A stretch of 32,000 nucleotides of DNA, taken from assembly GCF_008000775.2 (NCBI RefSeq), contig NZ_CP042905.2:2640001-2672000 (forward strand), read 5' to 3'. Position 1 is the first letter of the stretch; the number at the start of each line of letters is the position of its first letter. A program made the translations under genes and the position numbers. Positions 1 through 9,306 of the stretch are shown one piece after another. Below the pieces are notes generated by a model, which worked only from the letters and a program-made list of their open reading frames with translations, was not told the origin of the DNA and made no database searches. The DNA is from Promethearchaeum syntrophicum (lineage in GTDB: Archaea; Asgardarchaeota; Lokiarchaeia; Sigyniarchaeales; Promethearchaeaceae).

Positions 1-2
1 AA

Positions 3-1253
3 TTTCAAAAACGAAAGGATAATGTAGAAGCTATCAATGTTGCTATAGGAAATGTAAGTCTCCCAATGCATCCTGCATTAATTAACCGTATGAAAAATTT
101 AGCAGCTGAAGATAGCCCATATAAAAATGGTGTTGTTAAGTATACTGCAACAGTTGGCTTAAAAGAAACGAATGATGCAATCCTAAACATAATTGCTGCT
201 TCTGGGTTTAAAACAGAAAATTTACATAGTCAAATCACAGATGGCGGAAGTCATGCAATGGAATTAGTAATTCTAGGGACTTGTGGATCAGCAGGTTCTA
301 ATGAAAAACCATTATTACTAATTGACGCTGCTTACACTAATTATCTTGCGATGGCAAACAGAACAGGAAGATCAACTATTTCTATTACCCGCCAGCTTAT
401 GGAAAATGGCAAATTTAATTTACCAAAAATATCTGAAATTGAAGGTATAATAAAAGAACATAAACCGGGAGCTTTATTGATTATTCCTTATGATAATCCA
501 ACTGGCCATTTTTTAAACCATGAAACTATGGTTCATTTAGCGAAATTATGTGTTAAATACAATATCTGGATGATTAGTGATGAAGCTTATCGAGAATTAT
601 TTTATTTGGATACAGAGCCTGCCAGTATTTGGCGATTAACAGATTCAGAAGTTCCAGGTATTGAAGGTAGAAGAATTAGCATAGAAACTGCAAGTAAAGT
701 TTGGAATTCTTGTGGCTTACGGATTGGAGCTCTTGTAACTGATAATGAAGAATTCCATGAAAAAGCAGTTTTTGAGCAAACAGCAAATCTTTGTGCTCCT
801 GCTATTGCACAATATATATTTGGAGGGTTAGCTCATGAATCTCATGAAGATTTACAACTTTGGTTTGATAAGCAAAGAACTTATTATAAAAAACTGAGTA
901 AAAGGTTTACCGAAGATTTTGCCGAAATGATGCCTGGAGCAATCGTTTCAAGCCCGGATGCCGCTATATATTCAGTCGTTGATGTAAGAAGAATAGCTAA
1001 ACCAGGTTTTGATGCTGTAAAGTTTGTTGAATATTGCACAACACAAGGGAAAGTCGATTTAGAAGGTAATGGAAAACACCAAACTTTGCTAGTTGCACCA
1101 ATGGCAGGATTTTATAGCACAAAAGAAGGTGTTTACAATCCAGGAAAAACTCAAATGCGATTTGCCTATGTTGAAAACCCTGAAAATATGAAGATTGTTC
1201 CCGAATTATTTGTTACTCTTTTCTCGCAATATGAAAAACAAAAGGAGAAATAA
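3..1253 (+). CDS. Class I/II (fold-type I) PLP-dependent aminotransferase, aspartate/aromatic aminotransferase-like; 5' end truncated by the window edge
   Basis: The ORF track starts at Met66, but the same frame is open from nt 3 (FQKRKDNVEAINVAIGNVSLPMHPAL...), so the gene runs off the left edge. The motifs YDNPTG, SDEAYREL and the PLP-lysine block SKVWNSCGLRIGALV are typical of class I aminotransferases. Confidence 0.85.
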   Translation, partial: FQKRKDNVEAINVAIGNVSLPMHPALINRMKNLAAEDSPYKNGVVKYTATVGLKETNDAILNIIAASGFKTENLHSQITDGGSHAMELVILGTCGSAGSNEKPLLLIDAAYTNYLAMANRTGRSTISITRQLMENGKFNLPKISEIEGIIKEHKPGALLIIPYDNPTGHFLNHETMVHLAKLCVKYNIWMISDEAYRELFYLDTEPASIWRLTDSEVPGIEGRRISIETASKVWNSCGLRIGALVTDNEEFHEKAVFEQTANLCAPAIAQYIFGGLAHESHEDLQLWFDKQRTYYKKLSKRFTEDFAEMMPGAIVSSPDAAIYSVVDVRRIAKPGFDAVKFVEYCTTQGKVDLEGNGKHQTLLVAPMAGFYSTKEGVYNPGKTQMRFAYVENPENMKIVPELFVTLFSQYEKQKEK

Positions 1254-1326
1254 TTTTAGGGAAACTTCAAAATATATATTTTATTAGATCATCTTTTTTA
1301 TGTTATTAATCCATTATTAATGCATT

Positions 1327-1734
1327 ATGACTAAAACTTATCCAATTGAATTTTCTAAAGAAGAAGATATAATTTATATAGGTTTGGATGTTGCTGATTT
1401 CGATAGAGCAAAGAAATTTTACCGAGAAATATTTAATTTTGAGATTACCTTTGATGCGGGAAAGGATATTGGATGGTGTGAATTAGAACTCCCTGTAAAA
1501 GGTATTAAACTTGGTTTAAGTTCCAATGATAACAAAAAAATCAAACAAGGATCTACAACTATGGGTATTAACGTAGAAGACATTGAAAAAACAAAAAAAT
1601 ATTTGGAATCTAAAGAAGTTTATACCACAGATATTAGAGATCTACCAGACTTGGTTTCACTTTTCGATATGAAAGATTCTGAAGGAAATTTAATTCAAAT
1701 ATTAGGAAAGCCACGAATAACTTCAAAAAAATAA
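1327..1734 (+). CDS. VOC (glyoxalase/bleomycin-resistance/dioxygenase fold) family protein
   Basis: ATG start, 135 aa. The N-terminal block IYIGLDVADFDRAKKFYREIFNFEI and the overall size fit the VOC-superfamily pattern. Confidence 0.7.
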   Translation: MTKTYPIEFSKEEDIIYIGLDVADFDRAKKFYREIFNFEITFDAGKDIGWCELELPVKGIKLGLSSNDNKKIKQGSTTMGINVEDIEKTKKYLESKEVYTTDIRDLPDLVSLFDMKDSEGNLIQILGKPRITSKK

Positions 1735-1961
1735 ATTTCAAATTCAATCATTTTTTCCTTTGTGATAATTTCAACTACTTTTATATCTAAAATGATATAA
1801 TTAAAAAGACTTCTATTTAAGTCGATTTTTATCTTAGCTCTTGGCTTTTCCCGATTTTCACAAAATAAAGAGAAATATGAATTTTAGTATTAAGATTAAT
1901 ATAGTAGAAAGCAATAAAGATCATTAACTATTTTCAAACAAAAATTTTCATTCGGGGGGAA

Positions 1962-4190
1962 ATGGATTTGAGAATTTCTAGAAATAACAAGAAAGAGTTA
2001 AAATGTTTAAAAAATAAAAAAATACAGAAATATAAACGATATGTACTATTAGGCATAGTTTTTATTTCGTTTATATTACCAAGTTCGGTAGGTTTATTTG
2101 CAGATAATCAAAATCTTCAAGATTCTAATTCAAATGAATTTTTAGAAATGATGCAAAAATCACAAAGTGCAGGTTTATCACAACAATGGTCACCTGGAAC
2201 AACAGTTTCTGGATGTATCAATCCTTGGGAATTTTGGGAGTTTTTATGGCGTTTATTCTATCATTTTCGACCCAATATGGATTTTACAGCAAATATTACT
2301 GAGATTTCTCCTGGTGATACAGTTCAATTTGAATATACAGGGGGAAATAATTGGTGGCCTAAGACCTTTCACTGGGATTTCGGAGATGGTGGCTTGGCAG
2401 AAGAGCGAAATCCAACTCATACTTACGAATCGTCGGGAGTTTATAATGTTTCCTTAACAATAATCTACTTTTGGATTTTTGATGACACGATAACAAAAGA
2501 AAATTATATTGAAGTATCCGGGACTAGTAATAATGTGCCTGAAGCAGACTTTGTAGTAGATTATGAATCTCCCTTAACAGGGGATCTATTGCAATTTACA
2601 TATACGGGAACAGAGGGAGATGGACTTGAAAGTTTTTCGTGGGATTTTGGGGATGGAATAGGATTTTCAGATGAAAGAAATCCTACATATTCATATTCAA
2701 ATGCAGGTACTTATGATGTAAGCTTATTAGTAACAGATTTCGATGGTGATGAAGATTCTGCTGTAAAAGAAGATTATATTACTGTTATTGAAGATTTAGA
2801 ACCTTTGGCTAATTTTGAAGCGGATATTTTCGAATTTTTAGAGGGCGGAATGGTTCAATTTACCTCCACAAGTACTCTAGGTAATGGAATCAATAGCTAT
2901 TCGTGGGATTTTGGGGATGGAGGGACTTCTTCTGAAACCAATCCTTCATATCAATACTTTACTCCAGGGATATTCACAGTTTCACTTACTGTTATTGATG
3001 AAGATGGCGATGCTGATACTGCAATAAAAGGGGAGTATATAACTGTAATTGAAGACTTAGAACCAGAAGCAGATTTCACAGCAAGCTCCATTCAAGTTAT
3101 TCAGAATGGATATCTCAATTTTACCTATACAGGTAGTGAAGGAAATGGACTTGTAAGTTATTCATGGGATTTTGGGGATGGAACTCCATTATCTACTGAA
3201 TTCAACCCAACCCATCAATTTTTGGAAACGGGGATATTCACAGTATCTCTAACAGTTGTCGATTCCGATGGTGATGCAAGTACCGCTACTAAAATAGATT
3301 ATATTACAGTGGATGATGATTTAATGCCAAATGCAGAATTTTCAAGCGATTTTCAAAGTGTTATTACTGATGATATAATTCAATTCACATTTACTGGAGA
3401 AGAAGGTAATTCTCCAGCAACATTTTGGTGGGATTTTGGTGATGGTTCTACAAGTGAAGAGCGCGATCCAATTTATCAATATAGCGATCCTGGTTTCTAT
3501 ACAATTTCATTAACGGTTAGTGATACTGATGGAGATGAAAACACAGAGACAAAATTTGATTTTATTGAAGTTCAAGAAGATCTTTTCCCTTTTACTCATT
3601 TCTTTGCAGACCCAACAGAGGCTTATACAGGAGAATTAATCCAATTTTCTTTCTTAGGAGAGGAAGGAAATGGACCATCTGAATTTTTCTATGAATTTGG
3701 AGATGGATCTACTTCAACGGAAGAAAATCCTACTCATTCATACTCTGAAGCAGGATTATATTCAATTATTCTAACGGTTACCGACATTGATGGAGATATT
3801 GATGTTCTAGAACTTATTAATTATATTTCTATTGAAGAAAATATTCTACCGATTGCAGATTTTACTGCAGATTTTGCTGAAGTAGTTGGGGGGGATTTGA
3901 TTCAATTTTCATTCATTGGCAGATATGGAAACGATCCTAATGAATTTTATTGGGACTTTGGTGATGGATCTACTTCAATCGAAGAAAATCCAACTCATTC
4001 ATATTCTGAAGCGGGAATATATAATGTTTCTTTAACGATAGTTGATGCAAATGGTGATATAGATACAATTATTAAGGTAGATTATATAATAGTTGAAAAT
4101 GAGTTTCCTATGGTAATTGTTATGGGTGGTTCAGTTGGCACTATTGGTTTAATTTCTACTGTTGTAATTATATCAAAAAAGCGTAAATAA
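1962..4190 (+). CDS. Cell-surface protein with seven tandem PKD domains, an N-terminal signal/anchor and a C-terminal TM anchor
   Basis: ATG start preceded by a GGGGGG tract. A hydrophobic N-terminal segment (YVLLGIVFISFILPSSVGLFA) follows a basic leader. Seven repeats carry the PKD signature WDFGDG..(E/D)(R/E)NP(T/S)H.Y...G.Y.V.LTV.D.DGD. The C-terminal helix is MVIVMGGSVGTIGLISTVVIISKKRK. Confidence 0.9.
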   Translation: MDLRISRNNKKELKCLKNKKIQKYKRYVLLGIVFISFILPSSVGLFADNQNLQDSNSNEFLEMMQKSQSAGLSQQWSPGTTVSGCINPWEFWEFLWRLFYHFRPNMDFTANITEISPGDTVQFEYTGGNNWWPKTFHWDFGDGGLAEERNPTHTYESSGVYNVSLTIIYFWIFDDTITKENYIEVSGTSNNVPEADFVVDYESPLTGDLLQFTYTGTEGDGLESFSWDFGDGIGFSDERNPTYSYSNAGTYDVSLLVTDFDGDEDSAVKEDYITVIEDLEPLANFEADIFEFLEGGMVQFTSTSTLGNGINSYSWDFGDGGTSSETNPSYQYFTPGIFTVSLTVIDEDGDADTAIKGEYITVIEDLEPEADFTASSIQVIQNGYLNFTYTGSEGNGLVSYSWDFGDGTPLSTEFNPTHQFLETGIFTVSLTVVDSDGDASTATKIDYITVDDDLMPNAEFSSDFQSVITDDIIQFTFTGEEGNSPATFWWDFGDGSTSEERDPIYQYSDPGFYTISLTVSDTDGDENTETKFDFIEVQEDLFPFTHFFADPTEAYTGELIQFSFLGEEGNGPSEFFYEFGDGSTSTEENPTHSYSEAGLYSIILTVTDIDGDIDVLELINYISIEENILPIADFTADFAEVVGGDLIQFSFIGRYGNDPNEFYWDFGDGSTSIEENPTHSYSEAGIYNVSLTIVDANGDIDTIIKVDYIIVENEFPMVIVMGGSVGTIGLISTVVIISKKRK
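2274..4103 (+). repeat. Seven in-frame tandem coding repeats (PKD domain units) with a period of 261-267 nt
   Basis: The W codon of the W-D-F-G-D-G motif sits at 2373, 2640, 2904, 3165, 3429, 3690 (Y-E-F variant) and 3951. Units 6 and 7 share the near-identical peptide GDGSTSxEENPTHSYSEAGxY, with about 88% nt identity over the first 60 nt compared by eye. Confidence 0.9.
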
Positions 4191-4215
4191 TCAATAATCG
4201 AATTGAAACTAAGCA

Positions 4216-4233
4216 TTTTTTTCTTTTTGTTTC
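4216..4233 (+). terminator. Oligo-T tract (TTTTTTTCTTTTTGTTT) about 25 nt after the PKD gene stop; putative archaeal-type terminator
   Basis: The T-rich run lies directly downstream of the stop at 4188-4190. Function is inferred from the known use of oligo-T terminators in archaea. Confidence 0.4.
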
Positions 4234-4471
4234 ATATTATGAATTTTCTTTAATGCAAATGAATTAAATTCGGACATTTTATAGAGTGTGTTCTTATTAA
4301 TATTTCCATTTAATTCATATATTCCCACATGATATTTTAGAACTTATAGTATCCTTTATTCTTAAAAATAACCCAATTTAGTATTTTTACCAACGATAAT
4401 ACTAAGAGTTAAAGGATTGAAAATGATAATTATTTTTGATCCTAATATTAAGTAAATATTTATTTAATTAA

Positions 4472-7400
4472 GTGAAAAATATGAAAAAAAAAGCTAGTAT
4501 GATTATGACGTTGACTATTTTCATATTGTTAGCCTTGTCTTTTAACCAAAATAATTTAGATCCTTCAGGAGTTTCTCAAATTACCACTTTAGAAAATGAA
4601 AATCAATCGAATGATTTTTCTAACCAAAACTATATTCCGAGAAATTCAGCAAATTATGATCCGGGGGCAAAATATGAATGGTGGTCTTCAAAATGGACTT
4701 GTAGAATTCCATTGGCTGTTAATTCAACCAATATTAATCGAACGGATTTTTCAATGAAAATAGATGTTAATTTTACCGAATACTTAAATAATCCTAAATT
4801 GAATGGAGGAGAACTAGATGTCAATTCTATTCGAGTTGTTGAATATGAAGAACCTTCTTCAGGTTTTGCAGCGATGTTCATAACCAATGATAGCTACTCG
4901 GATATAAGAAAATATTTGGTTCCATCAAGATTCATCCCGATGAAGGATGATTTTGATGGGGTGAATAATGCAACAGGCACAATATGGTTAGAAATGCCAG
5001 GATTTAGTGAATCCAATGCAAACAGAACTTTTATGGTTTACTTTGATTCAATTGAAAATGGTCCGAAAGATATTGATGAAATGAATGTGTTATGGAATAC
5101 AAAATATAATAGAAATTCTGATGTTGTTGGTGATAATCAATTTCATTTAGCCTATGGTTCAGTGTATAGAGGTTTAGGTTTGGGAGGCGAATTAACAATC
5201 TGGGATTCGGATTTACAAAGCACAATGGGTATTCCTTCAACCAAGTGGGGTAATGTTGAAAATTATTTTGTTATGGCTCCTGGGGATTTTGATGGTGATG
5301 GAGATGTTGAATTAGTCGTAAGCAACATTAACAATTATTTTTCAACCATTGATTACAATCAAGAATCCGGTTTATGGGAAGAAATTTGGGACGTATCATA
5401 TAATTTCGATTCATTACACAATGACTCTCGTGTTAGACATTATAATTTACAAAGTTATGATATGGATAATGATGGAAAGGATGAAATAATAGCACCCAGT
5501 TATTATAATAACCTTTATCCAGATGCATTAAAAATCGTAATTTACGGATTTGATGAAAACCATAAATTATATATTAAAAATAATTTAACTACTCCTGAAG
5601 CTTACTGCAATGATGTTGCGCTCGCTGATTTAAATCAAGATGGATTTATTGACATTATTGGAGGAGCTATCAATGGACCAAATGATCTATGGCGGAATAA
5701 ATCGTATTATTATTTATATGATGCAAGTAAACCCAGCGGATATAGTAGGCATTTGATTAATTATACATATCCAGTTGCTGCTGATAGACATATTCCACGG
5801 TCTTGCTATTCAACAAAAGCCAAAGATATTGATAATGATGGAAAAATTGAGGTCTTATTTGCAGAAACAGATGGACGTATCTATATATGGGAATGGAATG
5901 GAACAGATTTAGAATTTAAATCAAATATTAATACGTTAGTTCCAGGAGGTCTTCTTGGAGCCATTGAAGATTGGGACTTAGACGGCAGGGATGAAGTTGT
6001 TGTCGGGAATTATGATGGATCTATTCCTACATCTATGCGAGTTTTTGAAGTTACTGGAGATAACCTTATAAATGTAAGCATAAATGAATGGGCAAATGAG
6101 AATTTACCTTATTTAAGAATGACCTTTCCAATTTTTGGGGATATGGATAATAGTGGAGATATTGAATTCGCAGTTGGTTGCTATGAAAGCTCTGGAGATT
6201 ATGACGGTCGAGTTACTGTTTGGGATGAAAGTGAAGAGTTTACACCAGAATGGCAAAGCCCTATTGAAGGACGGATGGTTGGAGCCTACTATTATTATTC
6301 AGAATCAATGCTCACTGTTTTAGGAGGTTTCGATACTAGATTAGATCCGTTAAGTATAAATTATGAAATCTATATTCCAGATATCAAACCTCCAGATCTT
6401 TCGATACAAGTTTTTGATGTAGATAAAGGTCCAGTTCCAGGACTTGGAGTTATTCTTGATAACGGAACGGGCACTCCTAGTTATAGTGAAGGTTTATATA
6501 CTGATTCAAATGGAAAAGTTCAATTCACAGATTTAGCGTTCGAAATTTACAATTTGAATATCTCAATTGAAAATCAGATGGGAAATCGATCCGTATATAG
6601 TGATATAATAGAAATTAATAATACTCGAGAATCTTTTGTTGTAAATTCAACCCTATGGAAAATTTCATTTATAGTTGAAGATAACAATGAAAATCGTTTG
6701 AACTATGGAGGAATTGATCTTTATAATGAAACTCAAGGGGACAATGTAAATTCAAGTCAAAGTTTAGCCATCGATGGAACTTGTTCGTTTTATTGGTTTG
6801 AGAAATCCTCTGGACCTAATGAATATAATTATTCTATAGACTATTTAAACACTGTTTACAGCCCTGATACTACAAGAATCTATGAAAATTCAGTAACTCA
6901 ACAAGGGCTCACTTCAGTTGAGAATTTCTTTAACGGAACAACACAACAAACCGATTTAGGTTCTAATAATTATCGTCACATTGTAAGTTATTATGCGAGG
7001 AATTCTTCAGATAATAATCCAGGGGATCAAATAATTAATTGGGCTAATATTGATATTTCAGATAGTACAGGAAATATTTATCAAGTTGAAATCTATGGAG
7101 TTGATCAAAGCAATAATCAATATTTAATGAACACATTTGTAGAGGATTATGGGGATAATTTTAAACTTGAATATCAACTATGGAATAATTCCGATCCATT
7201 AGTTGGTCTGAAGCTTCATATTTTTGTTAACAACGCAACTCAAGATGATGGAATAATTAACGTCACTATACAAGAAACATTTGTAGAGCGTGTAAGGGTA
7301 GATTTGTTTCAAAGAAAAATAATATTGTTGGATGATAAAGATATTCCACTTCAGAATGCAATTGTTCATATATATAATAATAATACAGAATCTCTTGTTA

Positions 7401-9304
7401 ATCTAACAACAAATCAAGATGGTGAAGCAACTGATGAGAACGGGGAATATTTCTGGTATAAAGAAAAAGACGGAGGAGTTATTCAAGGAAATTATTCTAT
7501 GGAAATTGAGTTTTTCAATGATTTTCGTTATTTCATAGAAAGCACAGAATCCGGTCAACTTTATAATACGACAAATTTCACTTTAACAAGTTTTGAAGAG
7601 ATCACATATAAAGTAAACTTAGATTCAAGCAAATATTCAACAAATATTGAGATTATGAATTCTGAGTATTTAGATCCTCTAAATTTTAAAGATACTTTAA
7701 ATATTACAGTTAACATTACAGCCCAAGAAGTAGGGTTCAGCCCATTTTCTATTGATCCAGATATTTTATGGTTATCCTTGAAAAATTCCAATCAAGATGT
7801 GGTTTATTTGAATACTGCTTTTTCAAAAAAAGGAACAGGAATATATGAATGTTTAATTAATCCAATGGATGATTATATTTCCGTTAGCGAAGATGATAAT
7901 ATATTCTCGTTTATAATTTCTGCTGAGACACCAGGATATGGGAATGCTCCGGATCCAATTATTGGAACAATTAATATTCTTCCTATCGATACCACTTTAG
8001 CATTATATAATGGATCAACTCAAATCGTCGATACATTGGATGTATACCTAGGAATCGAATTTGATATTATACTTTTATACGAAGATTTAGGGCTTGATTT
8101 AGCTGGAGCAACCGCAATAATAGATTGGGAATATGCTGATAATGAATTGATGGTTGAGCAGAGTGGCGGAGGATTTACTAATTATACTTTTCTCATCAAT
8201 ACAACTGAGAATGTTAGGTTAGGAACATATATAATAGAATTTACTGCAAGTTTAACTAATTATAGCACCTCAACAGCAATCATTCAATTAAATGTATTGG
8301 AGATCCCAACGACTATTAAGAGTACGGGCACTTCACTTACATCAGAACTATTATTAATTAATAAAAACATAAGTGAAACGGATATCTACTTATTTAATTT
8401 CTCCTATTTTGATATATATCATGGTGATTTTATTGCTGATGCTGAGTGCTATTACTCATGGAATAAAATTGAAACAGGAGATTTTGGTTCTAATATTCCG
8501 ATGATAACTTCGGGTGATGGATTCACTTATATACTTGATTTCGATACGGGAAATCTAACCGAAGGCAATTATAATCTGATTGTAACCTTAATAAAAAGCA
8601 ACTATCAACAACGGCAAGCTTTGATTTATCTAACTGTTGAAAAACGAATCATTTCTTATGAGATGGTAGGAGACTTTGCAGGTTCTAACAGCATTGTAAA
8701 AGTATCTGGTCAAGAATTAGAATTTTCTGTAAACTTAAACGATCAAGCAACAGGAAACATATTATTAAATGCCCAGGTATCTTTATCTTTTGAGGATGGA
8801 AAAGATACAATATTTCTTTATGATGAAGATGGAGATGGAATCTATACCGCAACAAAAACCTATTCAAAAAGTGAAATAAATGCTTTCTTCCGAGATAATA
8901 ATTTCCAAGGAACTTTATTAATAAGCGCAGACCATTATGCAACGGTTGAAAGAGATATCTCGATCACAATTAAGATGGATGAAATTATTGACGGTATACC
9001 GACATTTTACATGTTAATTGTAATAGGAGCAGTATTAATTTTAGTTGGAAGTTTAGTTGGATATAGATTGGTTCAAGTTTCCAAAATTCCTGCGTTTGTA
9101 AAGCTAATTAATAAATTAGAAAAACAAATTTCAGGGAATAAAGAAGTGCTTCCAGATAAGATGACTCTAACAATGGAAGAAGAGAGGATCCAACGATTTA
9201 AAGATGAATGGGCAATTCTGGATTATGATATAAAGGAAATCTGGAAAAAGTCTGAAAATGCTGAAGATTTTAAAACTTCTGCAGATAACACAGGAGGCAT
9301 ATAA
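4472..9304 (+). CDS. Giant (about 1610 aa) type-I membrane surface protein: signal peptide, DUF2341-like domain, FG-GAP/VCBS (integrin-alpha-like) beta-propeller repeats, long beta-rich stalk, one TM helix and a 76-aa cytoplasmic tail
   Basis: There is a GTG at 4472 and an ATG at 4481 (MKKKASMIMTLTIFILLALSF is a signal peptide); the ATG is the more likely start. Residues about 65-195 show a DUF2341-like pattern (WWSSKWTCRIPLAV..DFSMKIDV..DVNSIRVVEY..GTIWLEMPG..RTFMVYFDS). Residues about 225-620 (nt about 5144-6331) hold six clear FG-GAP Ca-loop motifs: GDFDGDGDVELVV, YDMDNDGKDEIIA, ADLNQDGFIDIIGG, KDIDNDGKIEVLF, EDWDLDGRDEVVVGN and GDMDNSGDIEFAVG. Residues about 640-1500 look like CarboxypepD_reg/Ig-like segments and carry many N-x-S/T sequons. 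The TM helix is IPTFYMLIVIGAVLILVGSLVGYRLV (nt 8996-9073), followed by a charged tail. Confidence 0.85.
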   Translation: MKNMKKKASMIMTLTIFILLALSFNQNNLDPSGVSQITTLENENQSNDFSNQNYIPRNSANYDPGAKYEWWSSKWTCRIPLAVNSTNINRTDFSMKIDVNFTEYLNNPKLNGGELDVNSIRVVEYEEPSSGFAAMFITNDSYSDIRKYLVPSRFIPMKDDFDGVNNATGTIWLEMPGFSESNANRTFMVYFDSIENGPKDIDEMNVLWNTKYNRNSDVVGDNQFHLAYGSVYRGLGLGGELTIWDSDLQSTMGIPSTKWGNVENYFVMAPGDFDGDGDVELVVSNINNYFSTIDYNQESGLWEEIWDVSYNFDSLHNDSRVRHYNLQSYDMDNDGKDEIIAPSYYNNLYPDALKIVIYGFDENHKLYIKNNLTTPEAYCNDVALADLNQDGFIDIIGGAINGPNDLWRNKSYYYLYDASKPSGYSRHLINYTYPVAADRHIPRSCYSTKAKDIDNDGKIEVLFAETDGRIYIWEWNGTDLEFKSNINTLVPGGLLGAIEDWDLDGRDEVVVGNYDGSIPTSMRVFEVTGDNLINVSINEWANENLPYLRMTFPIFGDMDNSGDIEFAVGCYESSGDYDGRVTVWDESEEFTPEWQSPIEGRMVGAYYYYSESMLTVLGGFDTRLDPLSINYEIYIPDIKPPDLSIQVFDVDKGPVPGLGVILDNGTGTPSYSEGLYTDSNGKVQFTDLAFEIYNLNISIENQMGNRSVYSDIIEINNTRESFVVNSTLWKISFIVEDNNENRLNYGGIDLYNETQGDNVNSSQSLAIDGTCSFYWFEKSSGPNEYNYSIDYLNTVYSPDTTRIYENSVTQQGLTSVENFFNGTTQQTDLGSNNYRHIVSYYARNSSDNNPGDQIINWANIDISDSTGNIYQVEIYGVDQSNNQYLMNTFVEDYGDNFKLEYQLWNNSDPLVGLKLHIFVNNATQDDGIINVTIQETFVERVRVDLFQRKIILLDDKDIPLQNAIVHIYNNNTESLVNLTTNQDGEATDENGEYFWYKEKDGGVIQGNYSMEIEFFNDFRYFIESTESGQLYNTTNFTLTSFEEITYKVNLDSSKYSTNIEIMNSEYLDPLNFKDTLNITVNITAQEVGFSPFSIDPDILWLSLKNSNQDVVYLNTAFSKKGTGIYECLINPMDDYISVSEDDNIFSFIISAETPGYGNAPDPIIGTINILPIDTTLALYNGSTQIVDTLDVYLGIEFDIILLYEDLGLDLAGATAIIDWEYADNELMVEQSGGGFTNYTFLINTTENVRLGTYIIEFTASLTNYSTSTAIIQLNVLEIPTTIKSTGTSLTSELLLINKNISETDIYLFNFSYFDIYHGDFIADAECYYSWNKIETGDFGSNIPMITSGDGFTYILDFDTGNLTEGNYNLIVTLIKSNYQQRQALIYLTVEKRIISYEMVGDFAGSNSIVKVSGQELEFSVNLNDQATGNILLNAQVSLSFEDGKDTIFLYDEDGDGIYTATKTYSKSEINAFFRDNNFQGTLLISADHYATVERDISITIKMDEIIDGIPTFYMLIVIGAVLILVGSLVGYRLVQVSKIPAFVKLINKLEKQISGNKEVLPDKMTLTMEEERIQRFKDEWAILDYDIKEIWKKSENAEDFKTSADNTGGI
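9293..9297 (+). promoter_or_regulatory. GGAGG Shine-Dalgarno-type site inside the 3' end of the upstream gene, 9 nt before the ATG at 9307
   Basis: The sequence is cagGGAGGcatataaaaATG. The upstream stop TAA is at 9302-9304, only 2 nt before the next ATG, which implies translational coupling. Confidence 0.55.
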
Positions 9305-9306
9305 AA

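Noticed and set aside
2167-2457. Nested or antisense ORFs inside large genes: 2167-2457, 4654-4887, 5031-5240, 6135-6323, 7561-7791, 8685-8942, 11232-11426, 11516-11704, 12697-12945, 16360-16689, 19397-19582, 20672-20854, 20721-20918, 21132-21338, 21984-22187, 24446-24655, 25123-25326, 27779-28195, 31026-31259, 31632-31823 and 5-190.
   Set aside because: Each lies wholly or largely within a longer ORF that has clear family motifs. Their translations are low-complexity or hydrophobic nonsense with no motifs.
2274-4103. A periodic repeat of about 264 nt, which could superficially suggest a CRISPR-like or satellite array.
   Set aside because: The period is far too long, the units are in frame and encode PKD domains, and there are no short identical direct repeats with unique spacers. 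No CRISPR array is present anywhere in the window.
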